A stretch of 40,746 nucleotides of DNA from Octopus bimaculoides. Lineage: Eukaryota. Below the pieces are notes generated by a model. It worked only from the letters and a program-made list of their open reading frames with translations, did no database searches and was not told the DNA's origin. The position numbers and the translations under genes are program-made. Every line of letters starts with the position of its first letter. Positions within the stretch are counted from its first letter, which is position 1. Shown one piece after another: positions 12,780 through 24,429 of this stretch. Location of the stretch: positions 28,711,233 to 28,751,978 of the forward strand of contig NC_068981.1 of NCBI RefSeq assembly GCF_001194135.2, given 5' to 3'.

Positions 12780-12950
12780 CAACAACAACAACAACAACAA
12801 CATCGAAAATACCTTAGGAATGAGAACCCAGGTTCGAAATTTCCCCAAGACACCTGATGAAGGTTGGAGGGTATATGAGCCAAAACGTTGTGTTAGCAAC
12901 AAACAAGATGAGGACAAATATCCTTCGAATGTAAATAATGTAAATAATGT
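12616..12950 (+). mobile_element. tRNA-headed, hammerhead-tailed non-autonomous retroelement, copy 1
   Basis: A-box TGGCGTAGTGG, B-box GAGTTCGATT, (AAT)n(AAC)n spacer 12691-12802, hammerhead-like motif 12849-12894, (TGTAAATAA)n tail; colinear with 25187-25479. Confidence 0.85.
12849..12894 (+). ncRNA. Type-I minimal hammerhead ribozyme motif, mutated (G12A)
   Basis: GACAC-CTGATGA-A-GGTTG...GAGCC-AAAA-CG-TT-GTGTT; stem I intact, GAAA changed to AAAA, stem II weakened. Confidence 0.6.
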
Positions 12951-13369
12951 ACAGTATGCAACTTGTACTTAATTCATCGAATCTGCAAGGATGAAAAACC
13001 AAAGTCGACCTCGGCGGAATTTCAAATCAGAACATAAAGACAGACAAAATACCGCCAAGTATTTCTCCCGGCGCGCTAATATTTCTGCCAGCTCGTCGCC
13101 TTATTGATACCAAAACATACTAATAATAGTAATATCATTCAATCAGGTAAAACTACAATCGCTACATTAATCGATAACAGCGAAATTATATTTAGATATA
13201 TCCCTCAATTTCTCCCAGAAAATAAAAATTACTGAGCATCCAGCACATTAATTTGTCTACATGTATGTTTCTTTAGATTTACATCAGAGGAGCCTGTCAG
13301 GGGTCATTATAAAAAGACAATTGAAATAACGTCTTCTACTAATAGGTAGAAGACCTGAAATGTTAGGGT

Positions 13370-13393
13370 AGATAGATAGATAGATAGATAGAT

Positions 13394-13450
<57 letters not shown>

Positions 13451-13471
13451 TGGATATATATCACATACACG

Positions 13472-13522
<51 letters not shown>

Positions 13523-13580
13523 GCATATATATATATATATGTATATACATATCTCTATGCATATATGTATATGTATGCAT
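13370..13580. repeat. (GATA)n, (CA)n, (TA)n microsatellites
   Basis: Direct. Confidence 0.95.
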
Positions 13581-13606
13581 AATTATACATACACAAGATA
13601 AATAAG

Positions 13607-13805
13607 TCGGTGCTCTTGTAGAATCGTTAGCACACCGGAGAAAATGCTTAATGGCAGTTCGTCTGAATTTACGTTCCGCGTTCAAATTCCGCGAGGTAGA
13701 CTTCAACTTTTATCCTTTCTGGGTCTATGAAATACGTACCAGCTGTCTACTGAGATACATGTATTCGAATAAGCCCTTCCCCGAACTTACCAACATTTGA
13801 AAGTA
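13607..13805 (+). mobile_element. SINE family A, diverged copy
   Basis: GAATCGTTAGCACACCGG...GTTCAAATTCCGCGAGGTAGAC...GTACCAG aligns with other family A copies. Confidence 0.7.
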
Positions 13806-13904
13806 TTATTGTACCGATATGCCTATTCATTTCCAAATATTAGAACTCAACAATCAGATAGTACAATGTATTCCGCAAATGATAAATGATTTTTTTCCAT
13901 ACAC

Positions 13905-14075
13905 AAGTACCATTTCCATCACAGAAAACAAAATACAAAGACAGGTGTATAAACAACAAGCAGGTGTATTAGTTTGATGCTCGGGAAGGTGAGAATTTCT
14001 TTTACTTTTCGAGCCTACGCTCTTCAACAGGAAAGGAACACGAGGAAATAAAAAGGGAGAGAATAAGAAGAACTT
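13905..14075 (-). mobile_element. Penelope-like 3' tail fragment with degenerate hammerhead-like motif (13998-14033)
   Basis: Reverse complement aligns with 37290-37440; motif CTGTTGA-A-GAGC-GTAG-GCTC-GAAA-AG-TA. Confidence 0.6.
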
Positions 14076-14104
14076 GCAAATTTAGCGGTCCATCATGACG
14101 ACTG

Positions 14105-14730
14105 ATGTGTGTGTGTGTGTGTGTGGTTGTGTGTGTGTGTGTGTGTGGTTGTGTGTGTGTGTGTATGTTTGTGTCTCTGTTTGTTTCCCATCACCGCTTG
14201 ACAACCGGTATGTGTGTGTTCATGTCCCTGTAACTTAGCAGTTCATCAAAACAGTTCGATACAAAAAGTACCAAGATTTGAAATTTCAAAAAAAAAAAAA
14301 ATACATCACTGGANNNNNNNNNNNNNNNNNNNNNNNNNNNNNNNNNNNNNNNNNNNNNNNNNNNNNNNNNNNNNNNNNNNNNNNNNNNNNNNNNNNNNNN
14401 NNNNNNNNNNNNNNNNNNNNNNNNNNNNNNNNNNNNNNATGTGTGTGTGTGTGTGTGTGGTTGTGTGTGTGTGTGTGTGTGGTTGTGTGTGTGTGTGTAT
14501 GTTTGTGTCTCTGTTTGTTTCCCATCACCGCTTGACAACCGGTATGTGTGTGTTCATGTCCCTGTAACTTAGCAGTTCATCAAAACAGTTCGATACAAAA
14601 AGTACCAAGATTTGAAATTTCAAAAAAAAAAAAAATACATCACTGGAGCCGATTCATTCGAGTAAAATTCTTTCGAGGTGTTGCCCCATCATGGCCGCAG
14701 TCTAATGACTGAAGCAAGTAAAAGAAAAAA
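14105..14730 (+). mobile_element. SINE family B 3' half (apparent duplication across the N gap is an assembly overlap)
   Basis: GCTTGACAACCGG...GTAACTTAGC...CATGGCCGCAGTCTAATGACTGAAGCAAGTAAAAG; 14105-14313 is identical to 14439-14647. Confidence 0.75.
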
Positions 14731-15399
14731 AAATTAAGAAAGGCAGCCAGTCAAAGACAAAGAGAGCAAGAAACACACAGAGTCAAAAACAGTTAAAAAA
14801 AAAAAGAAGAAAGTTGTTTCTGTGTGAGTATGATTCTATCTTTCACGCTTGAAAGGAAACTAATATCTCCAGACGTTATAAGAAAATGAAAGTAAAAAAC
14901 ATTATTATAGTCATGCAATTGAACTTGGAGAAACGCCTTAAGTCATTCGTGTAGACAAATATGAAGATATTGAACTATGAAATACAAAAAGGAAGCACAC
15001 TCTCGTAGTGAAACTTTCACATATGAACCTTAAAAATTGAAGACATGGATATATACATTCGCACACATACAAACATATGTATATGTGTGTGCGTGTGTTT
15101 GTGTGAATGCGTATGTATATATATATATATGTGTGTATATACATGTATGTGTATATACATATATATATATGAATATATATATATATACATACATGCATAC
15201 ATACATACATACATGCCGACATGTGTGTGTGTGTGGTAAATGAAAAGCAGAAGATGGAATATACGAGAAGCTATTATTAATCACAATTATTTAGATACAT
15301 CTAGAATATATATATATATATATATACAAACATATACATAAATATATATGTATGTATATACACACACATATATATATATTAACCTATATTTTCATGTAC

Positions 15400-15455
<56 letters not shown>

Positions 15456-15876
15456 GTATATTTATTGTTCTATTTCATGCAAAACAAATCCCTCGTTTGT
15501 ACATGCCTACACACTTTCAAACATAAATGTATATTACCAGTCTATAGACATCATTATCATTCGATGATAATTATATTTATGATAATTATATTTATGATAA
15601 TTATATTCAGAGATATATGATATACGAAAAGGATAATGATTAGAAATTGCACCTATAAAAAATTCCTATATCACAACAGTGTAGTAATTCATCTCTCCCT
15701 CTCACTCTGTACTTGACTGTTAGTCTATTGACCATGGAGGAATAAAAGACAATGTTATTTTCCGCTTTATTTGATCTCATAACTCAGATGGCGAAAACGA
15801 ATTAAAGCGGGGTATTTTGTATGACTCTGCTACAATTCTGCGCATATTAGGATTGATATAAGACGGTGTTTGATAT

Positions 15877-16050
15877 AAGGCAGAATCGTTGCCGGATAGG
15901 ACAAAATGCTTAGCGGCATTTAGTCCGACTTTACGTTTTGAGTTCAAATGCTGCCGGACTCGATTTTAGATTTCACCTTCTGTGGTTGATAAAATAAATA
16001 CCTCTCCTCTACAAACCTAGAAATTGCTGGCTTTGTGTCAAAAATTTGAA
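15877..16050 (+). mobile_element. SINE family A, diverged copy
   Basis: GGCAGAATCGTT...AAATGCTTAGCGG...GAGTTCAAATGC...TTTGTGTCAAAAATTTGAAAC. Confidence 0.65.
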
Positions 16051-17319
16051 ACTAATATATTTAATATATTATTATTTTATTACAGAAACATTCAAGGCAG
16101 CTATTTTGCAGAGTTGTTAGATCACCGGTTAGGCTGCTTTTCCTACTCATTCCAGATAACTGCGTTCTGGGTTAAAAACTGAGATGATCAAATTACCTTC
16201 GTAGTCATTCTTATATCGAATCCCCTCTAGGATTGATATTTCTGTTTATATCAGTACTTGTCTCTCAATTTCTGGAAGAAACCGGCAATGCGAAGACCAG
16301 GAGAAAGACGAGGAATTCGAGCTCTAAAAATTCCCCAAAACATTCCATGTACCATGTACTGATGATATTATCCAATCTATAAACATAGCTAGCAGATTCA
16401 GTAACCAGTGAGAGAGGCTTTTTCACTTGAAGTTGTAACGTTTCTGGTGTATAATGTGGTAGTAATTATTGTTGTTGTTATGAATTCATACAAACTGGAT
16501 TTATTTAAGAAACGACGCTTTAGTTCAATAATTCAGTTTTGCTTTTTGTTATCTGTTTTAGTCACTCAACTTGAACAATTTTAGTTTCTAAACCCTTAAA
16601 TGTCAATATGAACAACGTAAAGTCTGTGTTTCATCCCTAAAAGGTCATGTACAATAAATATCAGTAATATAGAGTAATCCGTCGCCATATTGTGATTAAT
16701 TATTTAAGCTTACATCGATTCCTCTGTGGTGTTGTTTTGCATTCATAATAAAATAAGTATATACAAATTATAAAATTTATTTTTAAAAAATACAATACAC
16801 TGTTTCTACTTCGCGAATTTGGAACTAGCACCCGCGATAGTTGACGGATAACTGTACTATAATCGATTTAATTGAAATTATGCCGTTCGCTGCAGAGAAT
16901 GGCTTGCTTACTTGTCGAAAGGAATGGATATTTGCTGAGCTTGAAAAGGGAAATAGTATACAAGACTCAGAAATATAAACAATGGTTGTGCGTACGAGAG
17001 TATGTGTATGCGCGTTCTTGCATGTATACTTAAAGACTTTGTGTGTGCGTTTGTGTGTGCGTGTGTGTATGTGGTTGTGTGTGCGCACATATATGAATGC
17101 GTGTTCGTTTCACCGAGAGAGAAAGAGGGAGAGGGAGAGAGAGAGAACCGTTGGATATTACGAAGAGTAAAGGAAAATTAGAGCATTCTGGGAGGAAGGA
17201 GTTAGGGGACACGGGAATGCAGATTGATACAGATGACTCTTGTGAGATCCAAAGAAAAACATGGTTAAGGAAGAAAAATAATGATTGGAGTTTAAGAGAA
17301 AGAAAAAGGTGAAGATGTA

Positions 17320-17586
17320 TATGCAGACAGTTAGATAGAAAGATAGATACATAGAGAGAGGGGGGAGGGAGACAGAGAGGGAGAGAGACAGAGAGAGAGA
17401 GAGGAAGAGGGAGAGAGAGACGGGGGGGAGAGTCGGAGAGACAGACAGACAAAGAGAGACAGACAGAGACAAAGAGAGACAGACAGGCAGAGACAAAGAG
17501 AGACAGACAGAGACAAAGAGAGACAGATAGACAGATACAAAGAGAGACAGACAGAGACAACGAGAGACAGACATACTGATAGATAC

Positions 17587-17645
<59 letters not shown>
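17320..17645. repeat. (GA)n/(GACA)n/(GATA)n purine-rich compound repeat
   Basis: Direct. Confidence 0.9.
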
Positions 17646-17647
<2 letters not shown>

Positions 17648-17959
17648 GAAAGAAGAGAACTGAGTTCACAAGTAACACAATTTTCATCACATGTGTCAAT
17701 CCTGCTCATAAAATTTTTCATCGCATTGTGTGTCATTTGAGACGAAATGAAGAATTATGAGCACGTCGTGAATAGCGAGCAGCCGGAAAGGTTTGTTGCG
17801 CTACCCAGATGAAACAAGATCTTTTTTGCGTAGGGGGAGTTTTTGCAATAGCTTTAAGCTATCAGATTACAGCTAACAATTAGAGGTGTATAACTTCACA
17901 ACTGTGCCGTGTTCGAGTAACTAACACAGTAAACAGAGAGATGTTGTAACATCACGGCA

Positions 17960-18510
17960 GTCGTAGATGATATCATCGCTTTTGTAGCGGTGTCGGTGGT
18001 GTTAGCGGTGATGGTCGTGTCGGTGGCGTCGACGGTGTTGTTTTGTGTTGGTGGTGTTGATGGCTTTGGTGGAGCTAGATGTGCTGGGGGTGCTGACGGT
18101 GGTAGTGGTGTTGGTGGTGTTGGCATTGTTGGTGGTGCACATGTTTGTGGTGATGGTGGTGGTGGTAGTAGTGTTGGTGGGGATGGTGGTGGTGGCATTG
18201 TTGGTGGCGACATGTTTGTGGTGGTGGTGGTGGTGGTCTAAGTGGTGGTGGGGATGGTGGTGGTGGTGGTGGTGTTGGTGGTGGTGGTGGTGGTGGTATT
18301 GGTGGTATTGATGTTGGTGGTATTGGCATTGTTGGTGGTGCCCATGTTTGTCGTGTTCATAGTGGTGGTTGTGGTGGTGATGGTGGCTTTGGTGGAGCTA
18401 GCTGTGCTGGAGGTGCTGAAGGTGGTAATGGTGTTGGTGGTGTTGGCATTGTTGGTGGTGCCCATGTTTGTGGTGTTCGTGGTGGTGGTGGTGGTAGTGG
18501 TCGTTGTTGA
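17960..18510. repeat. Degenerate (GGT)n array with higher-order internal duplications
   Basis: GGCATTGTTGGTGG(T)GC(A/C)CATGTTTGT motif occurs 4 times; GGCTTTGGTGGAGCTAG occurs twice, ~322 bp apart. Confidence 0.85.
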
Positions 18511-20249
18511 ATTGTCAAAGACGTCTTGTTCAAGTGATGATTTCTGTCACAGGCAAGAGGCACAAATTATTGCGGAGAGGATATTTGATTAAATCGGTCC
18601 CGCCATAAGACTGGAATTTATTTCTTTCGACCCTCTTTTCTATAAACCAAATTTGTTCTGGCGAAGAATATATTCAAAATAGGCATTTACTCTACTATCA
18701 CATAAATATTCAACAAACAGCCTTATCCCGAAAAGAATGATAAAATAAAATTTCTAACCAAGCTGATGATGCTGATAATTCCGCCGCCACCGCCTTCACT
18801 GCCGCCACCACCGCCGTAGAACATTTGAGAAGAACATTTGAGAAAAAATATTTACTGATGTCATGGAGTCAAAATTAAAAGTAGATTCAAATTTCTTAAA
18901 AGTTACATACATACATATTTACATAAATGCGTATACGTGTTTGCGTGCATGCAAATATAAATATAAAGTAACCCTCACACATGGGAGAGAAGCTACCACC
19001 CTGGAAACGTCAAGACAACCAACGTACCCGACAATTTTCAATGCTGGGTACTTTCACCTACCTCTTCGGAAAGTGTCAGAGATCATTTTCCTTGCCTGGC
19101 AAGTAATGAAGCGTTCTCCACACTCCAATTACATCCCTTCGTAATTTAGTCTTCGCAAACACTCTATCACTTCAGTCTATATCAAACAATTTATTTTCCG
19201 TTACTGTAAAATGATCAAAACCCAACATTTTTTTCAAACATTTGCATCAAAGCTGATTGATTGTGGAATGCCCATATACACTGTTGCAATAGCTTAATGC
19301 TTACGTAATAGATCTGTCCTAATTTGAAAGACTGTCATTTTAAAAACACATTCACATATTGATTAGCATTAAAATTACATTAACAGAACCGTGTCTCCTT
19401 ATTGTGTTTTAAACACAATAATAAAGTCGAAGTTGTGGACAAGTCTAATAATTGAATAAATTAATGTGTATTGCATTAAATGACATCTTTCCATCAACTA
19501 AACAAACCTAGAAGGGTACTTATTATTTGTCGTACCTCAGTCGTTTAAATGATCGGTATCGTGAAACTAACACTTTGGTCTGAAGAAAATTTATGTGTAA
19601 AATGTAAATGTACAAAGAGTAGTAATTTATGTATTGAGGATTTTTTCCTCGTGCGTAAACACAAACTACCACAACCCATATATATCTATCAGCTTGCCCG
19701 TGTCTCTGTATGTACATATGTATATATGTATGTATCTAATTGTTTTGATATATATATATATATATCCTTATATATTTAATACTCAATATTTCATTTATTC
19801 AATGAGACATTCAATACTTCATTTCATTTTACTATTTATATTATATATTCCATATTCTATATCCCACATTAACTTTATAAGAATACAAATAAAACATAAA
19901 AAACAGACCGAGTTGGAACTCTATTAAATAAAATATATATACGTGTGTGTGTGTGTGTGTGTGAGTGTGTGTGTGTGTGTGTAGATACATACATACATAC
20001 ATACATACATATATGATCACTCACACACATATATGTATGTACGTATGTATATATGTATGCATATGAATTATATCAATATAGAATTTTTGCTGCCAGACAT
20101 ACTTTCACTTCGTGTCAATCGAGCGAACTTCCTCTATGCTACTCTAATTCCATTAGCACAATTGGTCAACAAGCGAAGAATTCTAATGACTGCTATTTAT
20201 TAATTATTACTACATACTAATTCGGTCACATTTTTTTGAGCTTAATTAC

Positions 20250-20466
20250 GATTGTTATTATTGTTGTTGTCGTCTACATCATCGTCGTCGTCGTCGTCGT
20301 TGTTGTCGATGTCATTGTTGTTGTTCTTGTTCTTGTTATTCGATTTCGTCTTTCATTCTTTCGGAGTCGATAAAATAACTAACTATTGAAACTCTGGGCT
20401 CGATGTGACCAACAACCATCCCAACACCGCAAGATTTTAGGTCATGTGCCGATAGCAAATGGGGTT

Positions 20467-20553
<87 letters not shown>

Positions 20554-20565
20554 CAGCAGCAGCAT
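20250..20565. repeat. Compound trinucleotide tracts (TTG/TCG; ATT-AGT-AGC) around a decayed SINE A fragment (~20340-20455)
   Basis: Direct; fragment TTCTTTCGGAGTCGATAAAATAA resembles the family A body. Confidence 0.8.
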
Positions 20566-20599
20566 TTTCATATACACTCAACAGATTAGACTGTTGGAA

Positions 20600-20995
20600 A
20601 AGAAAAAAATCCTAAAACGGGCTACAACAAGTGACCTTAGATGCCAAGAACCCTCCTATGTATCCTAGCTGGGTCTAATAACACTTTTTTTTCCTGGAGC
20701 TGTACTAAACTGGATTTTATGTCTATTTCCTCTATCTATCTGTTCAGATCCTTAGGGATAGTTCTCACTGCACCTACAACTACTGGGATACATTTTGCTA
20801 GGTTCAGGTTCATACCATTTATCAGTATGTTCAAATCCTAGCTTTCTGCATGACTCCCAGTGGATTACTCTCACTGGAGTATCACGTCTTTTCTTCTATT
20901 CTTTCTGTGCCAGCATGTTACATTCTTTCACTATATGAGTAAGGCTTTCCGCTTTTGATTTGCATAATTTACATTGAGAATCTACTTGGTTTTTG
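20600..20995 (-). pseudogene. RLE-type non-LTR retrotransposon (R4/Dong-like) C-terminal fragment: CCHC knuckle plus partial endonuclease
   Basis: Minus strand reads CKLCKSKAESLTHIVKECNMLAQKE*KKRRDTPVRVIHWESCRKLGFEHTDKWYEPEP, then after a deletion CIPVVVGAVRTIPKDLNR*IEEIDIKSSLVQLQEK/VLLDPARIHRRVLGI* (stop 20637-20639). Confidence 0.85.
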
Positions 20996-21009
20996 TCTGG
21001 TTTTTATCC

Positions 21010-21823
21010 AATTAGCCCCTCATGTGCTAGATCTGAAAAATAGGGCTGGTACGGAAGCAACATGTTGTTTTTGGTGAGTAACACATGAATGAAGAGAGTA
21101 ACACATGATGGCAGAGTGCATTGTTGTCGTGGAGAATCCATATCTTCGCCCTCCACAGATCCGGTCGCTTTCACCGAATGTCTTTCCTCAAATGATTCAA
21201 AACGTCGCAGTAGAACTCTCAATAGACGATCTGGCGCTGGGAGACGAATTCACAATACACAATATCGTGGATGTCGGAAAAAGATGAGCATGTTCTTGAT
21301 TAAACCACGTTTTATCGTGCCCCCTGTGGTCGGGGAGAGGAACAGCTCATCTATTATGACCACTGCTGTTTCGACTTAGAGTCGTATCCGTGGACACAAC
21401 TGTCATTATCGGTGATGATCCTTGACATAAAGGATGGGCATCAGCGGCACGCTGACGGAGATCTTGACTGACTTCGACGCGATGTTCTTTCAGCTCAGTG
21501 GTCAGTAAGCGGAGCACAAACTTGACAAAGACACGCTGCATGTTCAATTCAGACGTGGGTATATGGCAGACCAACAATATCAGCAATATCGTTGACTGTC
21601 CTCCGACGATTCTCGTGCACAAACTGATGAATTTCCTTCACATTTCGCAGGTCTTCCAGGGACGTTCTTGCACTTTGAAGCGCTGGTGTTACTCGCAACA
21701 TTACGTACGGCTCATTGCCTCCTGGCTGTAAGGTTGCTGAAACATGCTCAATATCTCTGTAACAGACTTCCAAAGTTTAACGCAAAATTTCAAGTTGGCT
21801 CTTTATTTCAACTTCCTGTCCAT
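21010..21823 (-). pseudogene. Mariner transposase pseudogene (many stops and frameshifts)
   Basis: MDRKLK*RANLKFCVKLWKSVTEILSMFQQPYSQEAMSRT; RTSLED; VHENRRRTVNDIADIVGL; ELNMQRVFVKFVLRLLT; SRIITDNDSCVHGYD (first D region); KRPDLWRAKIWILHDNNA (second D); PYQPYFSDLA (YSPDLAP motif). Confidence 0.9.
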
Positions 21824-22018
21824 GACAAAATCGCTGACTACAACATACATACGATCACAAAAGCACAAATTTCATAATTTGTGGAGTAAACACAGCGATG
21901 TCATTTGGCCCACTGCCTCATGAAGGTCACTGCTAGCCCCTACAGCGCACGCAAGTTGTGTGCTGCCAACTGTTGATGCGCTACAAAACTATTCCGTGAA
22001 TGTTTTGATACCTCATGG
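21010..22018 (-). mobile_element. Mariner DNA transposon, 3'-truncated and decayed; left TIR remnant ~21990-22018 next to TA
   Basis: Transposase remnants below; 5' end TA-CCATGAGGTATCAAAACATTCACGGAATAG is mariner-TIR-like. Confidence 0.8.
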
Positions 22019-22799
22019 TATCTGCAACAATAACTGTCCGATGAAATTGCACACATCCATAAGGCGCTTACAAAACAGTTCGTTAGGTCTGAGCATCAAG
22101 AACAGATACGGTTTACGGCAGGTTCGGAGATTTCTAGTTCTCCATAGTTCATGGAACGAAGGTTCTCCAGAACGGGACAGCTAGTAGATTCTCGCGGGGG
22201 CCTATGAGAAGGTTGTCATACTTCCTCTCCACCAGTCTTCTATAGATTGCCAGCAGTAAGTTTCACAGACCGCTCTACTCTTGGTTCGAGTTTGCCAGAG
22301 AAATGAACCGTGGAAAACGGGACAGACAAATGTCAAACCGCCTTATTCACAGTCTATGGACTTTTCTAAATGCCATAAGTTCAGGGCATAAAGTGAATTG
22401 ATACCCACTGCATATTGAGCCTTCCGTCTGGAGGACACTGACGGTGCATAAGCTGCAAGACCATTGGACAAGAAGTGAAACGCTTTCCATCCACTTGAAG
22501 TGTGTGTGTATATGTATGCATGTATGTGTATGTATACGTGTGTATGTGTGTGTGTGTCTGCTTGTCTGTCTCTGTTTCTGTGTGTAATATCATATATTGT
22601 TAGATATAGAAGTAAACAGCGACGTAGCTGTTTCGATCTACTAGCGTCTCATTCACTCTCACCTCTCTCGCAAAAGTTCAATAAACACATACTATATTGA
22701 GAACAGTTGAAAAATGTTTCAGTCTAGTGTAACATTGCTTTATTATACCATAACAATGACAGACATTAATACATACATATGTAACTAAAAGTAGCGGTC

Positions 22800-23010
22800 C
22801 ATTGGTTATAGCCATAAATGTTCCAGTTTATCCTGTCAGCGAAACAGATTGCTTGAGGATTTAACACGCAAGTGCCTAAGCACTCTACAAACACGAGTAT
22901 AACACATTTTTGCCAGCTGAGTGAACTGGGGCAAAGTGAAATAAAGTGTCTTGCTCAAGGACTCGAACCCACAGCCTCAAGATGGTGACCTGAATTCCTT
23001 AAGTCACGCA
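22800..23010 (-). mobile_element. CORE/MIR-like SINE (family D), decayed
   Basis: Plus strand CCAGCTGAGTGAACTGGGGCAAAGTGAAATAAAGTGTCTTGCTCAAGGAC resembles the reverse complement of a CORE-type domain; followed by GACTCGAACCC (B-box reverse complement). Confidence 0.55.
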
Positions 23011-23075
23011 CGTACATACGAACATATATGCATAAATACATACACACGCACACATACAGATATGTGTGTGTGTAT

Positions 23076-23125
<50 letters not shown>

Positions 23126-23149
23126 CTACATATATATATATATATAAAA

Positions 23150-23298
23150 CAATCATGTGGATTTTTAGCGATTTTTTCCCTCAATCTTCCCTTTTCTTTT
23201 TTTCGACTTTCCTCTGTCGCTTGTTTCTGAAAAAGATTTTTGCTCGAAACGTAAAACACCTTTTCTTCCCTTACCTGACCGTCTTATTAATATTTTGC
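23150..23298 (+). mobile_element. Penelope-like tail fragment with degenerate hammerhead motif (23223-23257); runs into N gap
   Basis: GTTT-CTGAAAA-A-GATT-TTT-GCTC-GAAA-CG-TA-AAAC; stem I 4 bp perfect, G8A and stem II mutated; context resembles 37290-37390. Confidence 0.5.
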
Positions 23299-24429
23299 NN
23301 NNNNNNNNNNNNNNNNNNNNNNNNNNNNNNNNNNNNNNNNNNNNNNNNNNNNNNNNNNNNNNNNNNNNNNNNNNNNNNNNNNNNNNNNNNNNNNNNNNNN
23401 NNNNNNNNNNNNNNNNNNNNNNNNNNNNNNNNNNNNNNNNNNNNNNNNNNNNNNNNNNNNNNNNNNNNNNNNNNNNNNNNNNNNNNNNNNNNNNNNNNNN
23501 NNNNNNNNNNNNNNNNNNNNNNNNNNNNNNNNNNNNNNNNNNNNNNNNNNNNNNNNNNNNNNNNNNNNNNNNNNNNNNNNNNNNNNNNNNNNNNNNNNNN
23601 NNNNNNNNNNNNNNNNNNNNNNNNNNNNNNNNNNNNNNNNNNNNNNNNNNNNNNNNNNNNNNNNNNNNNNNNNNNNNNNNNNNNNNNNNNNNNNNNNNNN
23701 NNNNNNNNNNNNNNNNNNNNNNNNNNNNNNNNNNNNNNNNNNNNNNNNNNNNNNNNNNNNNNNNNNNNNNNNNNNNNNNNNNNNNNNNNNNNNNNNNNNN
23801 NNNNNNNNNNNNNNNNNNNNNNNNNNNNNNNNNNNNNNNNNNNNNNNNNNNNNNNNNNNNNNNNNNNNNNNNNNNNNNNNNNNNNNNNNNNNNNNNNNNN
23901 NNNNNNNNNNNNNNNNNNNNNNNNNNNNNNNNNNNNNNNNNNNNNNNNNNNNNNNNNNNNNNNNNNNNNNNNNNNNNNNNNNNNNNNNNNNNNNNNNNNN
24001 NNNNNNNNNNNNNNNNNNNNNNNNNNNNNNNNNNNNNNNNNNNNNNNNNNNNNNNNNNNNNNNNNNNNNNNNNNNNNNNNNNNNNNNNNNNNNNNNNNNN
24101 NNNNNNNNNNNNNNNNNNNNNNNNNNNNNNNNNNNNNNNNNNNNNNNNNNNNNNNNNNNNNNNNNNNNNNNNNNNNNNNNNNNNNNNNNNNNNNNNNNNN
24201 NNNNNNNNNNNNNNNNNNNNNNNNNNNNNNNNNNNNNNNNNNNNNNNNNNNNNNNNNNNNNNNNNNNNNNNNNNNNNNCCATGCGGCACCAAAAATCGAC
24301 GATAAGAAAGGCACTTACGAATTCATCGGCTAGCGAGTTCAGGCATCCCACCCCAAAGAAATCCATTCCATGTGCGCCACAAATAGTCCCGTATGTATGT
24401 ATGTATGTATGTATGTATGTATGTATGTA

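Larger units (their letters stand above)
12546..13103 (-). mobile_element. SINE family A split into two halves (12546-12615, ~12955-13103) by an inserted element; 23/24-bp TSD
   Basis: Halves join into a family A consensus; flanks TTGATAACAAACATACTAATAAT (12523-12545) and TTGATACCAAAACATACTAATAAT (13104-13127). Confidence 0.8.

Noticed and set aside
12650-12917. Poly-Y, poly-L and poly-C ORFs
   Set aside because: Translations of the (AAT)n/(AAC)n spacer inside the hammerhead element.
14105-14647. Perfect 209-bp direct repeat (14105-14313 = 14439-14647)
   Set aside because: Identical including the 14-A run and sits exactly on both sides of an N gap: overlapping contig ends, not a biological duplication.
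16359-16395. CTGATGA...TAAACATAGCT resembling another hammerhead
   Set aside because: GAAA is absent and I cannot form stems I or II; at best a very decayed copy.
17660-17736. DTCDENCVTCE furin-like cysteine pattern on the minus strand
   Set aside because: Too short, no usable splice sites, and the frame runs into (TATC)n.
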